Below, piece by piece: positions 39,338-49,403 of a DNA stretch of 64,000 bases (positions are counted from its first letter, which is position 1; every line of letters begins with the position of its first letter). The translations under genes were made by a program, and so were the position numbers. The notes under the pieces are model-generated. The model was not told the origin of the DNA, did no database searches, and saw only the letters and a list, made by a program, of their open reading frames with translations. The DNA comes from Candidatus Heimdallarchaeota archaeon (GTDB lineage: Archaea; Asgardarchaeota; Heimdallarchaeia; JABLTI01), in contig JAHLVW010000066.1 in the NCBI GenBank assembly GCA_019058275.1, positions 96,001 through 160,000 on the forward strand, given 5' to 3'.

Positions 39338-40246
39338 ATGACTATCAGAATAGCCTGGGGAATAACAGGCGCTGGATGTTGGTTGATAGAAAGTTTTGAA
39401 ATTTTGGGCAAGCTTCTTAAAAATACAAAAATTAGCTTAGATTTATTTTTTAGTGAAGCAGGTAGAGAAGTATCACAATTTTATGGTGTATTTAAATCTC
39501 CAGTGCCTTTGGAAACTCCTTTTGTAGATAAAGTACGAGAAATTCCTAATTTCAATCATGAAATTTTTGAAAAGGATTTTGTTAAGAAATTTCACTGGTT
39601 AGGAATAAATGAATCTCGAAAAATTATTGATTACTCTATTAGTAATGGACAAAAAACTACGAAAGAAGACGAATTTGATTATGATGAAGCATTTAATGAT
39701 GTAATTTTTGAGATTGATGAGGGGTCAAGCTTTCCAACTTCTGCAAGAGCAGCAAATAATTACTATGATTTTGTAGTTATAGGTCCTGCAACCGGAAATA
39801 CTGTAGCTAAGATTGCTAATGGCATAGCTGATAACTTACTTGCCAGTTTAGCTATCATGGGAAATAAAAGCTCAGATACACAAGTGATAGTCATTCCAAC
39901 TGATTTGAAGATTGGAGAATCAAAAAGCCATTTACCAATAATGCTTCACAGTGAGACTTGCAAAAAATGCTCTGAATGCTCTGCCCTATGGGCTTGCAAA
40001 CCAGGCGCAATAAGAAGAAAAAGAGGGAAGATACGAATCAATCGTTTGAAATGCATTGGATGTTTGGATTGCGTAAAATATTGTAGGCATGGAGTCATTA
40101 CATTTCTAGAGGAAATAACAGTTAATGTAAGAGATCGAGAAGAAAAAGCTGCAAAACAACTATCTGAACAAGAAGGATTCAAAGTATTTGAAACACCAAA
40201 TGAAGCCTATGAATATATCTGTAAAGCAATAAAGAAAATGAATTAA
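39338..40246 (+). CDS. AfpA/DmrX-like iron-sulfur flavoprotein (dihydromethanopterin reductase-like)
   Basis: RIAWGITGAG, PATGNTVAKIANGIAD, two 4Fe-4S motifs (CKKCSEC...C, CIGCLDCVKYC). Confidence 0.85.
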   Translation: MTIRIAWGITGAGCWLIESFEILGKLLKNTKISLDLFFSEAGREVSQFYGVFKSPVPLETPFVDKVREIPNFNHEIFEKDFVKKFHWLGINESRKIIDYSISNGQKTTKEDEFDYDEAFNDVIFEIDEGSSFPTSARAANNYYDFVVIGPATGNTVAKIANGIADNLLASLAIMGNKSSDTQVIVIPTDLKIGESKSHLPIMLHSETCKKCSECSALWACKPGAIRRKRGKIRINRLKCIGCLDCVKYCRHGVITFLEEITVNVRDREEKAAKQLSEQEGFKVFETPNEAYEYICKAIKKMN

Positions 40247-40317
40247 TTATCATCTTTTAATGCTTTTACTCTTAGGAATACCTAAAATTGAATCAGATGT
40301 AATTCAATATAGAGGTA

Positions 40318-41955
40318 ATGATATTGAAAAAAGGCAACCAACTTGATAAAGCACCAAAAATCCTTGTAATAACAGGTAGAGCTGCTGAGCAAATAGTTCG
40401 CAAGTATATTCCTCACAACGTAGAAGTTAAGATATTATCTGTTGATGTTGCAGCATTCATAAACAAAAAACTAATTTTAGAAAATCTAGACAAAAAAACA
40501 GCACAACAATATGATATAGTTATGGTTCCTGGTTTAGTACAAGATGATTTATCATCATTGAAAGATCATTTTGGTGTTCATGTTGTTAAAGGACCAAGAT
40601 ATGCTAGTGATATCAAAAGTGCTATTCAGGATGTTGATCCTTATACATTATCTCCCAAAATTGCTGCAGATAAGTTACTTAAGAAACAGAAAATTGCTAT
40701 GACAAAAGAAGTTTTACATAAAGGATTCAATGACCCAATTGATAAATCGCAAACAGAGTATTATATTGGTTTCAAACACAAATTCCCAATTGGTATAAAC
40801 AGACCACCAACTGTAATGGCTGAAATCGTTGATGCAACTCATTTACCAATGGAAAAGGTAATCGAAAGGGCAGAATACTATCTAAAATATGGAGCTAATA
40901 TTTTAGATATTGGTGCAATGGCAAATGTCTCTGACCCTAACAAAGTGAAGAAAATAATTACTAAACTAAAATCAATGCAAGAAAAACATGAATTTGCAAT
41001 AAGCATTGATACATTGAATATTGAAGAAATACAAGCAGCGATCAAATCTGGAGTAGAATTGATATTAAGTGTAGATCATGGGAATATTGATCATTTAATA
41101 AATGATATTCCAAAAGATGTTGGTGTAGTTTTTGTTCCCACAAATACCCTAAAAGGGATTCTTCCAAAAACAACAGAAAAACGAATTGCTTCTTTATTAC
41201 AATTGAAGAAACGACTTCTGGATGCTGGGATTACTAAAATAGCAGCTGATCCGATCATTGAAATGCCTATATTTCCAGGATTCGCTAATTCTCTCGCACA
41301 CTATATCGAATATCGTAAAAGAGATACTATTACTCCAATGATGACCTGTGTTGGAAATGTGACAGAATTTATTGCTGCTGATCCGGTTGGTATAAATGCT
41401 CTTTTTGGTTGTTTAGCTGTTGAATTAGGAATACAATTAGTATTAGTTACTGATGTGAGTGTGAAATGTAGAGGAGGAATAAAAGAAGTAGTAAAAGGAA
41501 GAGATATGGCTTTTGTTGCAAAACAGAAAAATGCTCCACCAAAAGGTCATGGTATAGATGTGTTGATGGCTAAAAGTAGAATTGCTAATGATCTAGAAAT
41601 AGTTGATTTTGAAAAAGTAGAAACAATAAAGCTAACCGGTGACGACCATTTACTCTATCAGTTAGATTACGAACCAGATCCAAAGGGTAGTTTTACAATC
41701 TGGGTCGATTATCATAAACAAAAAATCTATGTAACTCATTTAAATCCCGAATCAAACAAACCTGATTTGCTTTTCATTTCAAATAAAGCAAGACACATCT
41801 TTGAGAAAATAGTTGAACTGAATCTAATAACCAAAATAGATCATGCTTTCTATATGGGAAGAGAGCTTGAGCGTGCTGAAGTCAGCTTATATCTTGGTAA
41901 ATCCTATATACAAAACAAGCAAACATTCAATGAGGAAAAACTAAACTTCGATTAG
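40318..41955 (+). CDS. Archaeal dihydropteroate synthase-like protein with C-terminal DUF4346
   Basis: LVITGRAA, MAEIVDA, ISIDT, GNVTEF..AD..G.NA, DPKGSF, HAFYMGRELERAE. Confidence 0.88.
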   Translation: MILKKGNQLDKAPKILVITGRAAEQIVRKYIPHNVEVKILSVDVAAFINKKLILENLDKKTAQQYDIVMVPGLVQDDLSSLKDHFGVHVVKGPRYASDIKSAIQDVDPYTLSPKIAADKLLKKQKIAMTKEVLHKGFNDPIDKSQTEYYIGFKHKFPIGINRPPTVMAEIVDATHLPMEKVIERAEYYLKYGANILDIGAMANVSDPNKVKKIITKLKSMQEKHEFAISIDTLNIEEIQAAIKSGVELILSVDHGNIDHLINDIPKDVGVVFVPTNTLKGILPKTTEKRIASLLQLKKRLLDAGITKIAADPIIEMPIFPGFANSLAHYIEYRKRDTITPMMTCVGNVTEFIAADPVGINALFGCLAVELGIQLVLVTDVSVKCRGGIKEVVKGRDMAFVAKQKNAPPKGHGIDVLMAKSRIANDLEIVDFEKVETIKLTGDDHLLYQLDYEPDPKGSFTIWVDYHKQKIYVTHLNPESNKPDLLFISNKARHIFEKIVELNLITKIDHAFYMGRELERAEVSLYLGKSYIQNKQTFNEEKLNFD

Positions 41956-42054
41956 ATTAGTTACCCAAAAGTTTTAAGAAATAATAATTATTCAAAATAT
42001 GAATAAGTTCTTAATAAAGAACTAAAAATGAATATTGTTTACTAAAGAATATCG

Positions 42055-42462
42055 ATGAAAGAGGTCGACAAAATGAAAACAGATGAGAATGCTAGATACT
42101 CAAAGACACATGAGTGGGCAAGAAAAGAAGATGATGTAATTGCCATAGGTATTACTGATTATGCTCAAAGTCTATTGAAGGATATAGTTTATGTTGAATT
42201 GCCTACTGAAGGAACAACATTTCAGAAAGGTGATAAAGTAGCAGATATTGAGTCTGTAAAAGCGGTAGAAGAGTTAAAGACTCCAATTTCAGGAGAAATT
42301 GCTGCTGTAAATAGTATTCTCGAAGATTCAGCTGAATCAATAAACGAAGATCCATATGGTGAAGGATGGTTCCTAAAAATCAAACCTAGTGATGCAACTG
42401 AATTTGATGAAATGCTGTCTTCAAAAGAATATGAAGAATATGTAAAAACTCTTGATCATTAA
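42055..42462 (+). CDS. gcvH: Glycine cleavage system H protein
   Basis: THEW, GITDYAQ, ESVKA lipoyl-lysine motif, INEDPYGEGW. Confidence 0.97.
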   Translation: MKEVDKMKTDENARYSKTHEWARKEDDVIAIGITDYAQSLLKDIVYVELPTEGTTFQKGDKVADIESVKAVEELKTPISGEIAAVNSILEDSAESINEDPYGEGWFLKIKPSDATEFDEMLSSKEYEEYVKTLDH

Positions 42463-42486
42463 ATTACAAGGAGTACTGGTCTTTTC

Positions 42487-43869
42487 ATGAGTAAAGATAA
42501 GGAAGGATCAGCAAACGACACTCAAAAGGAAATGGAATCATTCCTTAGCATCGCAAGTACTGATGATTTATTCAAGGATATTCCAGATTCTATTCGTTTA
42601 AAACATCCTCTAAAATTATTAGGACCTATGTCAGAAAGAGACTTGTCAATCTATATTGATAAAGTTCTTTCTATGAATAAATCCGTTGTTTCTTTTCTTG
42701 GAGGAGGAGCTCAAGACCATTATATACCAGCTCTAGTTCAAGAAGTAATAACTAAACCTGAATTACTTAATTCTTACACACCTTACCAACCAGAAGTTGC
42801 GCAAGGTATGCTGCAAGGAATTTTTGAGTATCAAAGTTTAATCAGTGAATTAACAGGTTTGAATGTTACAAATTCAAGCATGTATGATTGGCCAACAGCT
42901 ATCGCTGAAGCACTGCTCATGTCTATAAGAATTATGAAAAAGAGACAAAAGGTTTTGATAACTACTAGCATTCATCCAGATAGGCTATCAGTTATCAAAA
43001 ATTACCTTATTGGTCCAAAAATAGAATTTGAGATGGTTGATTTTAATCCAAAAACTGGAGAAGTCGATTTAGCTGACCTAAAAGGAAAATTAACTGAAGA
43101 TGTTGCTGCGTTCTATTTTGAAAATCCAAATAATTTTGGAGTAATTGAAAGCAACGCAGAAGAAATTTGCAATATTGTTCATAATTTTGAAGCAAAGGTT
43201 GTAGTTGGTGTTGATCCAATATCATTAGGCATCTTAAAACCTCCTGGTGAGTATGGAGTAGACATTGCTGTTGGAGAAGGACAAGGTTTAGGAAATCCAA
43301 TTAGCTTTGGTGGCCCACATGTTGGATTCTTTTCAATAAATTACAATCGGAAAACAATTCGACAAATGCCCGGAAGACTTGTTGGGATGACAAAAACAAT
43401 AGAGGGAGATCAACGAGCATATGTTTTAACATTGTCAACTCGAGAACAGCATATAAGACGAGAAAAAGCAACAAGTAATATTTGCACAAATCAGGCAATT
43501 CTAGCGTTTGGTGCAGGTGTTTATTTATCACTGCTAGGACCAGAAGGTGTAAAGAAAACTGCTGAATATTGCTTATCTGCTGCCCATTATTTATCTTCTG
43601 AAATAAATAAATTGGTAAATTTCGATGCCCCAATTTTCAAAGGTTATCATTACAACGAGTTTATTGTTAGAGTCAAGAAGGGAACAATGGCTGATGTTGA
43701 ATCTAAACTAATAGAACATGGTTTAGTAGGTGGATATACTTTAGAGAAATGCCATCTTGAATTTGGCGAAACAGCCATCTTCTGTGTAACTGAAATGCAT
43801 ACTATGGATGATTTAAACAAATTGTTAGCTGTGCTTTCGGAGATAAATAAAGAGTTAGGAGGGCAATAA
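42487..43869 (+). CDS. gcvPA: Glycine dehydrogenase subunit 1
   Basis: YTPYQPEVAQG, NSSMYD, TREQHIRREKATSNICTNQ. Confidence 0.97.
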   Translation: MSKDKEGSANDTQKEMESFLSIASTDDLFKDIPDSIRLKHPLKLLGPMSERDLSIYIDKVLSMNKSVVSFLGGGAQDHYIPALVQEVITKPELLNSYTPYQPEVAQGMLQGIFEYQSLISELTGLNVTNSSMYDWPTAIAEALLMSIRIMKKRQKVLITTSIHPDRLSVIKNYLIGPKIEFEMVDFNPKTGEVDLADLKGKLTEDVAAFYFENPNNFGVIESNAEEICNIVHNFEAKVVVGVDPISLGILKPPGEYGVDIAVGEGQGLGNPISFGGPHVGFFSINYNRKTIRQMPGRLVGMTKTIEGDQRAYVLTLSTREQHIRREKATSNICTNQAILAFGAGVYLSLLGPEGVKKTAEYCLSAAHYLSSEINKLVNFDAPIFKGYHYNEFIVRVKKGTMADVESKLIEHGLVGGYTLEKCHLEFGETAIFCVTEMHTMDDLNKLLAVLSEINKELGGQ

Positions 43870-43870
43870 T

Positions 43871-45412
43871 TTGACAACAGAAAAAACTACAAAATTAGCT
43901 TACTACAAAGAACCATTAGTTTTCGAAATGGAACCAACTAAATATGACAAATATTCGCCACCTAGCATTCCAAAAGAAATATCCAAGAAGGTAAAAGATC
44001 CATTAACTTTAATTCCTAAAGAAATGCAAAGAGAGAATCCTCCTAATTTACCTAAATTAGCAGAATTCCAATTAGCAAGACATTACCTACATTTAGCACA
44101 AATGAATTTTGCAGTGGATAGTGGTTTCTATCCTCTTGGTAGTTGTACTATGAAATACAATCCAAAGATAAATGATTTCATATCTTTAGATCACAGAGTA
44201 GCAATGGTACATCCATTCCAACCAGCAAGAACAGTTCAAGGTAACATTAGAATTCTATATGAAACTGAACAAATGTTAAATGAATTAGCTGGAATGGAAC
44301 GAACAACTTTACAACCTTCTGCTGGTGCTCATGGAGAATTCACTGGAATCATGGTTATTAGAGCTTATCATCAAGATCATGGTGAAGGAGATACAAGAAC
44401 AGAGATTATAGTTCCAGATAATGCTCATGGTACAAATCCTGCTACAGCAGCAATGGCTGGTTATAAAACTGTAGTAATTAAATCAAAAGAGAATGGTTTG
44501 GTGGATTTAGAAGCGTTAAAAGCAGCTGTGAGCGAAAAAACAGCAGCATTAATGTTAACGAATCCAAATACCTTGGGACTGTTTGAATCTGAGATTATTG
44601 AAATAGCTAAGATAGTACATGATGTTGGTGGTCTACTTTATTACGATGGTGCAAACTTTAATGCAATAATGGGTTTCTGTAGACCAGGAGACATGGGTTT
44701 TGATGCTATACATTTCAATTTACATAAAACGTTTGGTACTCCACATGGTGGTGGAGGGCCAGGATCAGGTCCAGTAGGGGTTGTAAAGAAACTAGTTCCT
44801 TATCTTCCCAAACCACTTCCAGAATTTGATAAGAAATCTGGGAAATATTATCTCAATTTTGATATGCCAAAATCAATTGGTAAAATCAAAGGGTATTGGG
44901 GTAATTTTGCTGTAATTGTTAGAGCATATGCCTATATGCTTTCACTTGGAGCTGAAGGTTTGAAACGAGTTTCAGAACAAGCAGTACTAAATGCTAATTA
45001 CCTCAAGAAGAAGCTTCTAGATTTAGGAGGATGGACATTACCATTTGCACCTGAGATTCCAAGAAAGCATGAGTTTGTGCTTGATGGAGAAGATCTAAAG
45101 AAAGAAACAGGTATAAGTACATTGGATGTTGCAAAAAGACTGCTAGACTTAGGATTCCATGCACCAACTGTTTACTTCCCACTAATTGTTCATGAAGCAT
45201 TAATGGTTGAGCCAACTGAAACTGAATCAAAACGAACTCTTGATACATTTGCTGAAGCAATGAAACAGATTCTAAAAGAAAGCAAAGAAAATCCAGAAGT
45301 AATTCTTAAAGCTCCACAAAATACTCCAGTATCTCGAGTAGATGAAGTTTTAGCTGCAAAAGAACCAATACTTACTTGGTTTATGTATAAGCAAAAAGAA
45401 GCAAAGAAGTAA
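43871..45412 (+). CDS. gcvPB: Glycine dehydrogenase subunit 2
   Basis: PLGSCTMKYNP, AHGTNPA, NLHKTFGTPHGGGGPG, EPTETES. Confidence 0.97.
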   Translation: MTTEKTTKLAYYKEPLVFEMEPTKYDKYSPPSIPKEISKKVKDPLTLIPKEMQRENPPNLPKLAEFQLARHYLHLAQMNFAVDSGFYPLGSCTMKYNPKINDFISLDHRVAMVHPFQPARTVQGNIRILYETEQMLNELAGMERTTLQPSAGAHGEFTGIMVIRAYHQDHGEGDTRTEIIVPDNAHGTNPATAAMAGYKTVVIKSKENGLVDLEALKAAVSEKTAALMLTNPNTLGLFESEIIEIAKIVHDVGGLLYYDGANFNAIMGFCRPGDMGFDAIHFNLHKTFGTPHGGGGPGSGPVGVVKKLVPYLPKPLPEFDKKSGKYYLNFDMPKSIGKIKGYWGNFAVIVRAYAYMLSLGAEGLKRVSEQAVLNANYLKKKLLDLGGWTLPFAPEIPRKHEFVLDGEDLKKETGISTLDVAKRLLDLGFHAPTVYFPLIVHEALMVEPTETESKRTLDTFAEAMKQILKESKENPEVILKAPQNTPVSRVDEVLAAKEPILTWFMYKQKEAKK

Positions 45413-45435
45413 TTATCTTCTCTCGTTTTTTTTTA

Positions 45436-46602
45436 TTAATCTTCAATTCTCATAAGAAGATCTTCGTGGTAACTAGTAACTACACGAATAAAACCGTGTA
45501 ATTCTTTATCTAGTTCTAAATCCCCTGTATCAACTCTAAGCCTTTCTGTTTTCTCGAGTTTTGAAACAGTAGCAATTAAAATGATGTTACCAGTACCTAC
45601 CTTTTTTATCACGGCAGGTGAAATCTGTTGATTTCCTCTGCCAAAGATGAACCCTTGGTTTCCAATAACGGTAACAATTATTTTTGCTTCTGGGTATTTT
45701 TCTAATAATTTCAGCATTCCTTGTTCATTCAAATCCTTAGCAATTAGCTTACGATTATATAATGCATCAACACCCAGCAAGGTTTTTTCCAATTCCATAA
45801 AATCTGCAACAGCTTTGCATGTTGTTCCAGACCCTAACAAATACAACGTATCTCTTTGCATATCTTCTGATATTCTTTGAGCAATTACATTTTGATCATG
45901 TTTTTCATCGAATGAAGAAGGTGAGGCCATCTTTCCTCCTTGAAAAGCTGCTTTTAGATATGGTATAACAACCATTCCTTTTAGTTCTGCACTTAACCTT
46001 CCTGCTCTAAATGCTTCTTCATCAATATCCATTACCTCTGAATGAGTGAGATTTAATTGACCACTCTGGAATTGTTTAAAGATCATTCCTGCTATCTCAG
46101 GATTTAACGCAAAACAAGCGCTATGCATTTTTACACCACTGGGAACAGCCAATAATGGTGTTTTATCTTGCACAGCTTCATACATATCACATGCTGTACC
46201 ATCTCCACCAATGATTACAATTAATTTAACTCCTTTCTTGAGTAATTCCTTAGCTGCTTGTACAGTATCTTTTCTTGTTGGTTTTTTGTTCTTTATTTGA
46301 CCAATAATTTCGACATCAAATTCCATTTCTCTAAGAATATCTCCGCCCATTTCTCCGTCATAACTAAAGAAAATTATGTCATTTTTTAATTCAATAATAG
46401 TCTTTAGAAACCTTTTAGCACGAACATTTGAGACCTTTTGACCTTCACCACTTTCGAGTCTTTTCCAGATTTCTTTGGCATCATCACTGCCTTTTAATCC
46501 AATTTTTCCACCTACACCAGCGATAGGATTAATAACTAAACCTACAAGTAATTTCCTTTGATCTGAAATAGGTGTTCCTACATTCAATTTCGTTGTAGTC
46601 AT
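45436..46602 (-). CDS. ATP-NAD kinase family protein
   Basis: INPIAGVGG..GLKGSD, GGDGTA, PSGVKMHS, QGFIFGRGNQQIS. Confidence 0.9.
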   Translation of the reverse strand: MTTTKLNVGTPISDQRKLLVGLVINPIAGVGGKIGLKGSDDAKEIWKRLESGEGQKVSNVRAKRFLKTIIELKNDIIFFSYDGEMGGDILREMEFDVEIIGQIKNKKPTRKDTVQAAKELLKKGVKLIVIIGGDGTACDMYEAVQDKTPLLAVPSGVKMHSACFALNPEIAGMIFKQFQSGQLNLTHSEVMDIDEEAFRAGRLSAELKGMVVIPYLKAAFQGGKMASPSSFDEKHDQNVIAQRISEDMQRDTLYLLGSGTTCKAVADFMELEKTLLGVDALYNRKLIAKDLNEQGMLKLLEKYPEAKIIVTVIGNQGFIFGRGNQQISPAVIKKVGTGNIILIATVSKLEKTERLRVDTGDLELDKELHGFIRVVTSYHEDLLMRIED

Positions 46603-46815
46603 TTTAACCTCTCAGTATATTCTATCATGATTTAAATGAATTCAATGTTCTTCAGATGAATATAAATCTATTAGTTAGTTAAAAATTACTCATAATCGCT
46701 ATTTTGGAATAATATTCTTATTTGAGTAATCAATTACAAAATTAGCTTTAAGAAATCTTAAATAAATCAAAATATGCTTGTTAAGGCAGATTAGATAAGA
46801 TTAGGTGAATTAATT

Positions 46816-48864
46816 TTGCAATATCCTGAAACAAAAAGGGAAGAAGTAGTTGAAGAAATACATGGTGTGAAGATAGTTGATCCATATAGATGGTTAGAGA
46901 ATTTTGATCAACCTGAGGTTCAAGATTGGATAGATATACAGAACAACCATACAAAGGAGCTATTAGCTAAGATTCCAAACTATCAAAGTGCATATGATAG
47001 AATTAAGGAATTTCTCTCTTTAGGGACATTAACAGTGCCAAGTGAGAGGGAAGGTTACATATTTTATCAAAAATCTACTACAGAGAACCAACCAATATTG
47101 TATGAGCAAAAGGGTTTAGATGGAAAGACCAAAGTTCTACTCGATCCAAATGAATTAAGTAAAGAAAACCCAGTGGCATTGGATTGGTTCTTTATATCAC
47201 CAAAAGCCAAATACATTGTCTATGGATTATCAGAAGATGGAAATGAATGGTCTGTATTGCACATAAAAAACATTGAAACAGAAGAAATTTTAGAAGATAA
47301 AATACCTAGAACGAGATATTGCAGTTTGGCTTGGTTACCTGATGAAACTGGTTTTTATTATACAAGGTATCCTGAACCAGGAACTGTTCCAAAAGGACAA
47401 GAAAATTACAATAAACATCTGTTTCTACATAAAATTGGCAAAGACTGGTATGATGATGAGAAAATCTTTGGAGAAGGAAGACCAGGGACAAATCATTATA
47501 ATGTGGAATTGTCAGAAGATGGAAGATATTTGCTAATCTCTGTACACAAATATACAAAAAATGATCTTTATATAATGGATGTTGAGAACAGCAATAAATT
47601 ATCTGAGGTTATTGTGGGAGAAGATGTTCTGACAAATGCTTCTATGTTTGATGATGAATTATGGATTTTAACTAACAAAAATGTGCCTAGAATAGCCTTG
47701 TTTAAAACAAAAATCACTGATCCTACATTCGATAACTGGGAACTAGTCATTCCTGAAAGCGCTAATACAATTAATCAAGCTTTAGTAACCAAAGAGAAGA
47801 TTTTTCTAAAAATAATGAAAAATGCTTGTGATCATATTTTTATTTATGGCAAAGATGGTAAATTGATTTCTGAACTTCAGTTGCCAGAATTTTCAGGTAT
47901 AGTCAATATGGGAACTAGTAATCAAATTTCTGCAAAAGATACTAAGAGATTTTACTTTGGTTTACAAAATTTCTTCTATCCTAGAACAAATTATTGTTAT
48001 GAAATAGAGAAATCTAAACTATTGATTTTTAATGAAATTGAAAAACCACTAGATGTTAAAGATTATTCAGTCAAACAACTGTGGTATGAATCAAAAGATG
48101 GAACTAAAGTTTCCATGTATATAGCGCATAAAAAAGACATTAAACTTGATGGTACAAATCCTACAATGCTTTGTGGATATGGTGGTTTTAATATAGCAAT
48201 TAAACCTCCCTACCTAAAATATACAAGATTCTTCTGGTTGGAAAATGGCGGTGTAGTCGCTATAGCTAATCTCAGAGGAGGTTCGGAGTATGGAGAAGAT
48301 TGGCATAGAGCAGGTATGTTGGAAAAGAAACAGAATGTTTTCGATGATTTTATCTATGCAGCTAAATGGCTTATTGCTAACAAATACACCTCAGAGAAAC
48401 AACTAAGTATCAATGGACGAAGCAATGGAGGGCTTTTAACGGGTGCAGTTGTAACTCAAAAACCTGAGTTATTTGGTGCTGTTTATGTTGGTGTACCTTT
48501 GTTAGATATGATGCGCTATCATCTATTTAGTATCGCAAGGTATTGGATACCAGAATATGGTTCATCAGAAGATCCAGAACAATTCAAGTATATCCTCAAA
48601 TATTCACCTTATCATAATGTCAAGAAAGGAACAGAATATCCTGCAATAATATTAGCATCTGCTGCTTCTGATTCTCGAGTTGATCCTATCCATGCAATGA
48701 AAATGACTGCATTGCTGCAGTGGGCAAATTCATCAAAAGAGCCAATTTCACTTTTCATTGAAAAACAAGCTGGACATGGTATTGGCAAACCACTAGAGAA
48801 ATTAGCAGAAACAGAAACAGACTTGTACACTTTCTTGGGTTGGAAAACTGGATTAAAATTCTGA
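46816..48864 (+). CDS. Prolyl oligopeptidase (S9A)
   Basis: DPYRWLE, GYGGF, NLRGGSEYG, GRSNGG, DSRV, AGHG catalytic motifs. Confidence 0.96.
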   Translation: MQYPETKREEVVEEIHGVKIVDPYRWLENFDQPEVQDWIDIQNNHTKELLAKIPNYQSAYDRIKEFLSLGTLTVPSEREGYIFYQKSTTENQPILYEQKGLDGKTKVLLDPNELSKENPVALDWFFISPKAKYIVYGLSEDGNEWSVLHIKNIETEEILEDKIPRTRYCSLAWLPDETGFYYTRYPEPGTVPKGQENYNKHLFLHKIGKDWYDDEKIFGEGRPGTNHYNVELSEDGRYLLISVHKYTKNDLYIMDVENSNKLSEVIVGEDVLTNASMFDDELWILTNKNVPRIALFKTKITDPTFDNWELVIPESANTINQALVTKEKIFLKIMKNACDHIFIYGKDGKLISELQLPEFSGIVNMGTSNQISAKDTKRFYFGLQNFFYPRTNYCYEIEKSKLLIFNEIEKPLDVKDYSVKQLWYESKDGTKVSMYIAHKKDIKLDGTNPTMLCGYGGFNIAIKPPYLKYTRFFWLENGGVVAIANLRGGSEYGEDWHRAGMLEKKQNVFDDFIYAAKWLIANKYTSEKQLSINGRSNGGLLTGAVVTQKPELFGAVYVGVPLLDMMRYHLFSIARYWIPEYGSSEDPEQFKYILKYSPYHNVKKGTEYPAIILASAASDSRVDPIHAMKMTALLQWANSSKEPISLFIEKQAGHGIGKPLEKLAETETDLYTFLGWKTGLKF

Positions 48865-48894
48865 TTTATTTTAGCAAAATAAGGAGAATATCAA

Positions 48895-49401
48895 GTGAAA
48901 ATTCAGATACTCAAAGGTGATATAACCAAAATAGTGGCTGATGCTATTGTGAATGCTGCAAATAATGAACTTTGGATGGGTGCTGGTGTAGCTGGTGCTA
49001 TTAAACGAAAAGGCGGTATAGCAATTGAAGAGGAAGCAATGAAGAAGGGACCAATAAAACATGGTGAAGCAATTGAAACAACTGCTGGTAATCTCGATGC
49101 AAAATATGTCATACATGCAGCTGGGATGAGAAGTGATGGTTATATTACAGAGGAATCACTAAGGAAAAGCGTTCAAAATAGCTTACAATTGGCAGAAGAT
49201 TTGGAATTAAAATCAATTGCTTTTCCAGCAATAGGAACTGGAGTCGCAGGATTTTCTCCAAAAGAATGCGCGAAAATAATGCTGAAGACAATTGCTGATT
49301 TCAGTTTCTCATTTGTTGAAGAAATCAAGATAGTTTTATTCGATGATGATATGTTTAAATTATTCAAAGAAAGAGCAAAGAAAGAAAATATCAAGATGTA
49401 A
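48895..49401 (+). CDS. Macro-domain protein (ADP-ribose binding/hydrolase)
   Basis: GDIT, AIVNAAN, GAGVAGAI, SIAFPAIGTG. Confidence 0.95.
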   Translation: MKIQILKGDITKIVADAIVNAANNELWMGAGVAGAIKRKGGIAIEEEAMKKGPIKHGEAIETTAGNLDAKYVIHAAGMRSDGYITEESLRKSVQNSLQLAEDLELKSIAFPAIGTGVAGFSPKECAKIMLKTIADFSFSFVEEIKIVLFDDDMFKLFKERAKKENIKM

Positions 49402-49403
49402 AT

